From Eledone cirrhosa (taxonomy: Eukaryota), in assembly GCA_964016885.1 (NCBI GenBank), contig OZ024740.1, positions 309,132,001-309,196,000 of the forward strand: a DNA stretch of 64,000 nucleotides, given 5' to 3'. Below, one piece after another: positions 57,046-64,000 of the stretch. How positions within the stretch are numbered: the stretch's first letter is position 1; each line of letters starts with the position of its first letter. The translations under genes were made by a program, and so were the position numbers. Below the pieces are notes generated by a model that saw nothing but the letters and a program-made list of their open reading frames with translations, was not told where the DNA came from and did no database searches.

Positions 57046-57837
57046 TACACTTAGCTGTAAAATGATCAGCTACTTTGTATATTACTTTGTATATTATATC
57101 AGCTACCTTGTATATTATATCAGCTACCTTGTAAATTAATGTAGAATGGCCTATTCTACATTAATTTGTAGAATAGGCCATTCAGTTAACCAAACAATGG
57201 AATGGTCATTGTTAAAAGAAATGATGGATTCATCAAATACCTTCAATAGTGGCATATTCACTTTTATAAGTAAGCAGGACTACAGTGTAATATAGTGTTA
57301 TATGTTACTGATATTTATCAGTAATATATTACTGTTCAAGCCACTAAGCCACACACCTTCACTGTTAGTGCTTTATTCCTCATATAAAAAGTTCAGACAC
57401 ATATAAAAAGTTCAGACAAAGCTAAGTTTATGAAGGCATATGGAGCATGCCTTGTCCATTGCTTTTGTATGAATATCTTGTATGAATATCTCTATTTCTG
57501 ATAAATGACATTTTTATGTGGATGATTATAATCAGAGTATGATATTGTAAGAATATAACACCGACAGCAAAAATGGGAGATTTGTACAAAATTATGGGCT
57601 TGATTATATGAGCAATTTAAACAAGAGTTTACTGAAAAGTAGAAATTGAGTATATGTTGTTTTGTATTATACGTGAAGAGAGATGTTTCATACTTATTAG
57701 ATGCACTTAGGAAAACAAAATAGTTTATAAATCAATTTTACAGATGAAGTAGCTTTTCAATTCCATATATTAATTAGTGGAAATAATGCATATGATATAT
57801 GAGAGAGGATTTTGTAAGTCTCAACAAAATGCATTGC

Positions 57838-57875
<38 letters not shown>

Positions 57876-58149
57876 GTCGTTTAACGTCTATCTTCCTCAG
57901 TGATTAGTGATTATTTAAACATGCAGTTGAACTTTGTTTGCGTAGTTCATATTACCAGTTGCAATCAACAGCTGAAATTTTATGGACATTCCCATATTGT
58001 TTTGTTGTGGAGTTGACGTAACCACATGAAGTACTAACCTGATGGGTGACAATCTTCCCAATTCTTGCTAGAATGGAAAACAGTTAATAAATGATGATGA
58101 TGATGTCCTTGTTTGTTTATCACCATTACAAGGAATAACAAGAAATTAT

Positions 58150-58410
58150 CTCCTTTCAGCAAGAATGCTAAGATTCTGTCACTTAGAGTCAAATTACTTC
58201 TTGAGGCAAGCATTTCATTTCTGACAATAGCATTTTATCTTTATGGCAGCAGTAACTGAATTTACTATTTGAGAGATGCCCCCATAAGAATATTTGTCAC
58301 TACAAAATTGGCAAACAATATTCATAGTTTCACATGAACGATACAATAATTTTTCTTCTGGGTAAATTTTGTTGATGATTAGTTTTGAGTTCTTGCATGT
58401 CTTTGCCATG
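58150..58410 (-). mobile_element. Probable Helitron Rep/Hel N-terminal remnant
   Basis: MNIVCQFC...then, in another frame, FSYCCHKDKMLL, resembling M...C..C.A....E...CC..GKV.L. Confidence 0.5.
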
Positions 58411-58594
58411 TATTGATACTATTTTGTTTTCAGTGGATGCAGCATGACCAAATTGTTAATAAGTTTACTTCACAACCTTTAAGTCCCAAGTTCAATCCCA
58501 TTGTAGGGCATTTTGGGCATAGCCTCAGGTGAACCTATGACTTGTGAGTGATATTGGGTAGATAGAAACTGTTTGGAAGCTCATCAGTTGGACT

Positions 58595-59697
58595 CATCAT
58601 CATCATCACCGTTTTACGTCCGTTCTTCCACTCTAGCATGAGTTAGACAAGTTGTCCTGTTGTGGGCAGTCTCCGGTCGACTGACCATGCCTTGCTCATA
58701 CGGGAACTGATTCTGGCTTGATTTCTACAGTTGGATGACCTTCCTAACACCAACCTCATTTACAGTGAGTGCTGGGTGCTTTTTCCCGTGGCGCCTACAC
58801 ATCCACTTTACAGTGTGGGCTGGGTGCTTTTTTGCCGTGGCACCTCCACGACCACTTTGCAGTGGGGGCATATTGTCTATATGCTTCAGCTTTGGCTTGT
58901 ACCCATGGGGGTCGGCTCTTCTGTATTACTGCGTGACGCCAGAAGTCACGGTCGTGTGTCATTGTCTTTGAGAGGTGTAATTGGGTAAGGTCGGCTTTTA
59001 TCACCTCATCCCAGGTCTTCTTGGGTCTTCCCACTCTGCGGTTTCCATCGACTTCTAGTGCTCTGCACCTTTTTATGCAGCTGTCATCCTTCATATGCAT
59101 CACATGTCCATACCAACGCAACCGCCTCTCCTGCACACAGCATTTGGTTCATTTTATGCTCAGTCTCTCTCTCAATTCATTTATGCTTTGCCGTTTGCAT
59201 ATATTACTGTTACATATCCATCGGAGCATGCAGGCTTTGTTTCTTTCTAATCTACGCAAGTCTTCCACAGACAGCGCCGAGGTCTCACTACCATGTAACA
59301 TTGTTGTTTGTATACACGCATCATACAGTCTGCCTTTCATTTTGAGGGAAAAGCCTTTTGGAGCTAGCAGTGGTAGTAGCTCCCTGAACTTCTTCCATCC
59401 CGTTCTTACCCTAGTTATTGTACTTTCCGAACACCCACTCCGCTGCTAATTTGGTCAACTAGGTAGCAGAAGCTGTCTACTGTTTCTACAGAGCCCTCCC
59501 AGAGTTTGGTGGTACTTGTTTGCTGTGGCTGTTTGCTGCTTGCTGTCCCAGCACAGCTGCTACATGTGAAGCCTACATTCTTAGTTAAGCTTCCTGAGAT
59601 CCCGCTACATCTCTTGTGTACCCATTGTTTGCATTTGGGTCAGAGAATGGAGTTCCTACCTACACCTTTCCTACATACTGAGCAAGGCCATTTCCTT
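58595..59697 (-). mobile_element. 5'-truncated RTE LINE, same family as 25363-27190
   Basis: Reverse complement of ~26090-27190; (CAT)n tail. Confidence 0.93.
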
Positions 59698-60534
59698 GAG
59701 TGTATTTGTATCTGTAATTCAAAAAGCCAACCTTGCCACACTCTGTGTTACACTGAATCCCCCTAAGAATTACATTAGGTGTATATTTATCTGTGGAATA
59801 CTTAGACACTTATATGTCAATTTCATGAGCAAGCTGTTCCATCGATCAAACAACTGGAACACTTATCAACACCAATAGCAGTTTGGGGACCTTTTTATTC
59901 ATGGCAAATTTATATGGCTAGATGCCCTTTCTGATGCCAACACATACTTTTCAAATATGGTAGAGATCTACTAACGTAACAGTGTTTTGGAGGCTAAGAC
60001 ATACACACATAAAAACTTTTAGCCTTCAGTGAGTTCCCCTCTACCAAATTCATTCACAAGGCATTGTTTGACCTGAGGCTATAACAGAAGACAATTTCCC
60101 AATGTGCCACAGAGTCGGATTGAACCTAGAAGTACATGTTTTAAAAGCAAACTTCTAAACCACACAACCATGACAGCACCTGTTATATCTTTTAAAATAT
60201 TCAAATTATGTATTGCTGTTCTCTGGCTCTGAGTTTGTCATACACTTACTTTTCCTCAAACAATAAACCACCTAATTTTATTCAAATCTTCCATCTACAT
60301 GATTACTATGAATGAGAAATATAGAGCCAGGTGTAGGTTGTGAGGGTGAAAGGCTGAAAGGGTTGATCTGAGTTTCCTTCTTGTATACTTGTTGACCTGT
60401 AACTTTTGAAGGAGTCATTGGAGTGTGGTAGGGTCATGGGTATTTTAAACCTGGTGGAGCCCATCTCCTCACCATGTCTGAACACAGCTGATTTCTTTCA
60501 GAGAAAGAAGGTGAAAGAGATATAAAGGAAGAAT

Positions 60535-60655
60535 CAACCCCACTTCGAAAGGATGAAAGGCAAAATTGACCTTGGCAGGATTTGAACTCAGAACACAGAA
60601 AGCCAGAATGAATACCATAAAGCATTCTATCAGATACTAATGATTCTACCATTTC
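60535..60655 (-). mobile_element. SINE family C
   Basis: ggatgaaaggcaaaattgacc...tttgaactcaga. Confidence 0.7.
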
Positions 60656-62169
60656 ACAGACTGAGTTTCTTTGTAAAAAAAAATCAAAACCCAGCTACAA
60701 AGATTTACAAATTGCAGAGGTAGAAATATTAATAAAAAACAAAACAAAAAAACAATTGTTTTTGCTTACCTGACAAAGTATGTAATTTAATAAGAACAAT
60801 TAAAAAAATTATAGTTTTATCAAAAATTAGTTATTTCTGCTTTTTAAGAAACATTTACAAAATTTTCAATGTAAAAATACAATTTAGCAATTCCTAATTT
60901 GCAATCCCACCCAAAAAAACAAACAAACAAACATTTAGATCATCTTTTTGTTCCTTGTAAAAACTGAAACCATAGCTTGAAAAAGTTATATCTAAAAAGA
61001 AATTTATTCTACTTACCAAGAAGTAATAACTCATACTGACTGATTTGTTATCATGGAATTAATTAATTGAAATAATGCATGAAGAAACAAAGATGTTGGT
61101 GTAACAGGCAGGTTACTACTGTCTACACAATATTTCTCTCTGTGTGTGTATATGTACCCGAATGAGTGTACTCTTTCCGCTTCCTGCCATATGTGATTAA
61201 GCATGTATTTTGCTGAAATTTGTAAATATAAGACAATGGGAACCATTGAGAGAAAGTGGAATCTGTTTAGAAAGTGGGTTTATTTATTCAATATCAGCAA
61301 AAATTATTTTTAAAGATCTTGTATATATTCGTATAGTTTTGATAAAAGTTAAAATTTTGTATTGTCCTACAGCACTGAGCTCAAATCCTGCCAAGGTAAA
61401 CTTTATCTTTCATCCTTTTGAAGTTGATAAATGAAGTGGCAACCAAGTACTGGAATTAGTTCTTTCTCCCACCTCTCTTTTTGGAAGATCTCTGCTGTAT
61501 TGCACCTTGAGAGGGAAGGGCTCTGTCAGGTGAAAAATACCTGACTTGCCATATGTTAGGGCAGTGCTACTACAACTTCAACAGGTGACAAACCAAGAGT
61601 CAATGTTCATACTAATATCTCTGGCTCTAGTTCTAGTGTTTCTGAAACCCTTGTACTGTGGCACTAGTCTGTGGCTAAGTGTTTGGTACATCAGCTTTAT
61701 TAGTAGCCTTACCTCAATGGCTGTCTTAAAAACCAGACACACTATCATAAGTTCTTCTCATCACAGTAGGGCCTCCTCTAACTCATCCTTTGACAGTATA
61801 TGGAAGCCTTCCTGTCACCTTCAGTCTTTATTTTTTTAAAAACAGAAATACATTACCTACCTCACCTTTTCCAGGATAAATTTGTCAGGCAAGGAGTCAC
61901 TTCACTTTACAATATATCTTATGCAACCTTTTTCTTGAGCTTTCTCCTTTTATTTTACAATGTTAAATTATGGCTATTTTTCAAACTGTGTAAACATTTT
62001 CAAAAATATCTAAAGACAGATCTTTCCTCTATCCAAGATGATGATGTTGTCCGATGCTCTACAGATACTGCCAATCCACCACCCTATTAATAGTAGTAAT
62101 AATAATAATAATAATAGTAATTTCTTACCTACATAAGCACAAGACCACAAATTTGTTGATCGGTAGAGC

Positions 62170-62390
62170 GCAGGGGATTGGCAGTATTGGTAGGGCGTCA
62201 GACGATATGCTTTGCAGCATAGAATTACAGCCCTTTACATTCTGAGTTTAAATCCCGTTGAGGTTAGCTTTGCCTTTCATCCTTATGTGGTTGATAAAAT
62301 AAAGACCCTGTAATGTACTAGGTTGATTTAATCGACTTTCACCTCCTCCAAAATTGTTGACCTTGTGCCTAAATTGTTGACCTTTATTAT
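62170..62390 (+). mobile_element. SINE family C
   Basis: Close match to 7260-7495. Confidence 0.8.
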
Positions 62391-62599
62391 TATTGTGGTT
62401 GTTGTTAAATCATACTTAATGATTTGGTCCTCTAGCAACTAAATAAGAATTGACCCAGACCATATCAATTTGTCCAACCCATGCCAGTATGGAAAGAGGA
62501 TATAAAGTGATGATGATGATATAAGATGGAAAGAAACAATTTATATAACATACATATGTTTGAAGTGAAATATAATATTCACTTTTATGAGAAATAAGA

Positions 62600-62800
62600 T
62601 TCGCAAATATGTATCCTCTGTGATATTTCCGTTGCATATATTTTGAATAAATCAATCTCCATGGAAATAGGAAATCCTGCATCATCCAATACACTGGATT
62701 GCTGTGATTAAGCTGCCAGGAGTTGTTCACATATATCTCTTATAAAGTTATACCAATCAACTCCAGTAGTATTTTGTTGATGTATAAACTACTTACAAAT
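62600..62800 (-). mobile_element. Merlin/ISXO2-like transposase remnant
   Basis: TGVDWYNFIRDICEQ...MEID plus frameshifted SKYMQRKYHRG, resembling VDW.NF.REVC...VEIDESK...RKYHRG. Confidence 0.6.
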
Positions 62801-63319
62801 GGCTTACATCAGCTGCTATATCTAAAACATTTAACATCCTGCATCACATGAAACCACATTAGCTAGACCTTGAAAAATTACAAAAGACCACTTTACCTCA
62901 TCACATTAAATATTAAAATCTGTACACAACAAAAATACTCACTCCACACTATAAATGTGGTTAGTGTTAGGAAGGACATCCAGCCATAGAAACCTCTGGC
63001 TTGTCTCACAGCAGAACAACTCGTCGAACCCATGCTAGCATGGAAAAATGGGCGTTAAACAGTGATAAGGTTGAGGATGATTACTCAAATACTACAAATC
63101 TTTCCAATAATCTGTCCACTAGTAAAGATGTTTATAACATCCGAATTAACAAACTTGTATTTAGATATTTTCTGCTGAGTCATTACAGGATGGTAAAAGT
63201 TAATCACATATAGGCTACCTTCAGCAGCGATGGTGGTAGTGGTAGTGGTAGTGGCAGTGGCAGTACCAGTGGTGGTGATGGTGGTAGTGGTGTTAGTGGT
63301 ACCAGTGGTTGCAGTGGTA

Positions 63320-63545
63320 GTGTTGAATTAGCAGAATTGTTAGTGTCAGACAGATGCTTTGTGGTATTTATTCTAGTTCTTCATGTTCAGAATTCAAATC
63401 CTGTTATGGTCAACGTTATCGTTTGTCCTACTGGGTGTCAATAATATAAAGTACCAGTAATGTACTGAGGTTGATGTAACCAACTTTCCTCCTCCCACAA
63501 ATTGCTGGTTTTGTACCAAAATTAGAAACCAATATTATTATTATA
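63320..63545 (+). mobile_element. SINE family C, decayed, after a (GGTAGT)n-like tract
   Basis: aattcaaatcc...aaagtaccag...attagaaaccaatattatta. Confidence 0.65.
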
Positions 63546-64000
63546 AACTGGCTGGAAGTTTGTTGAAAGGTGAATGAGAGAGGTGAGCATGGTCTGAGTG
63601 AATGAGCCTGCTCTGATTAGGCACCTGTAGACTGGTAAAGGACATCTGGGAGGGAGCACTTGCCCTAGTGATCATTTGTGGGCTTTCACCATGAATGACC
63701 ATCAGAAGTCTCTCCGCCTAGTGGTCAATTTGTTTTTGTTAGAAATATTTTGGATTCTTTGTTTTCATTATAACCCTTTTTATACACACAAAAGCCCATA
63801 CTGTATTGTCCTGTGTCATCCTTAATGTTTTCTTAATGTGAGCCGTGTGTGGTTAAAAAAACCTATTGTTTTTGTTTTTGTTTTGCTACACACATGAGTT
63901 AACTCCAGTAAATTTGTTATTTTCCCCTCTTTTCAAAAACCTTTCATTGTTTAATTTTTTATACAAATTTTGAATAGGGCACCATATCTTATCTCCAAGT

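Overview
AT-rich eukaryotic, almost entirely non-genic DNA. The SINE/LINE repertoire points to an octopus (coleoid cephalopod), probably an intron of a large gene. Nearly all long ORFs in the track are artefacts of (TA)n-derived microsatellites. Real content: several RTE-clade LINE copies (two near full length but disrupted), an intact 1169-aa R4/Dong-clade RT+RLE retrotransposon (42859-46368, -), a decayed DD37D (maT-type) Tc1/mariner, and fragments of CRE-, CR1/L2-, Helitron- and Merlin-like elements. There are also many tRNA-derived SINEs and an RTE-derived non-autonomous element. The main find lies inside the ~20-47 kb (TA)n block: short non-coding islands carrying at least 6 recognisable and 3 degenerate minimal type-I hammerhead ribozymes from several unrelated families. 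They are followed by AATAAA-like signals, and several sit in inverted-repeat architectures, including a perfect 341-bp palindrome. This fits Penelope-like/retrozyme-type non-autonomous retroelements concentrated in TA repeats. A candidate recursive splice site (T15-GCAG|GTAAGT) is at 13464/13465. All calls were made by eye without database searches; boundaries are approximate unless a motif is quoted.
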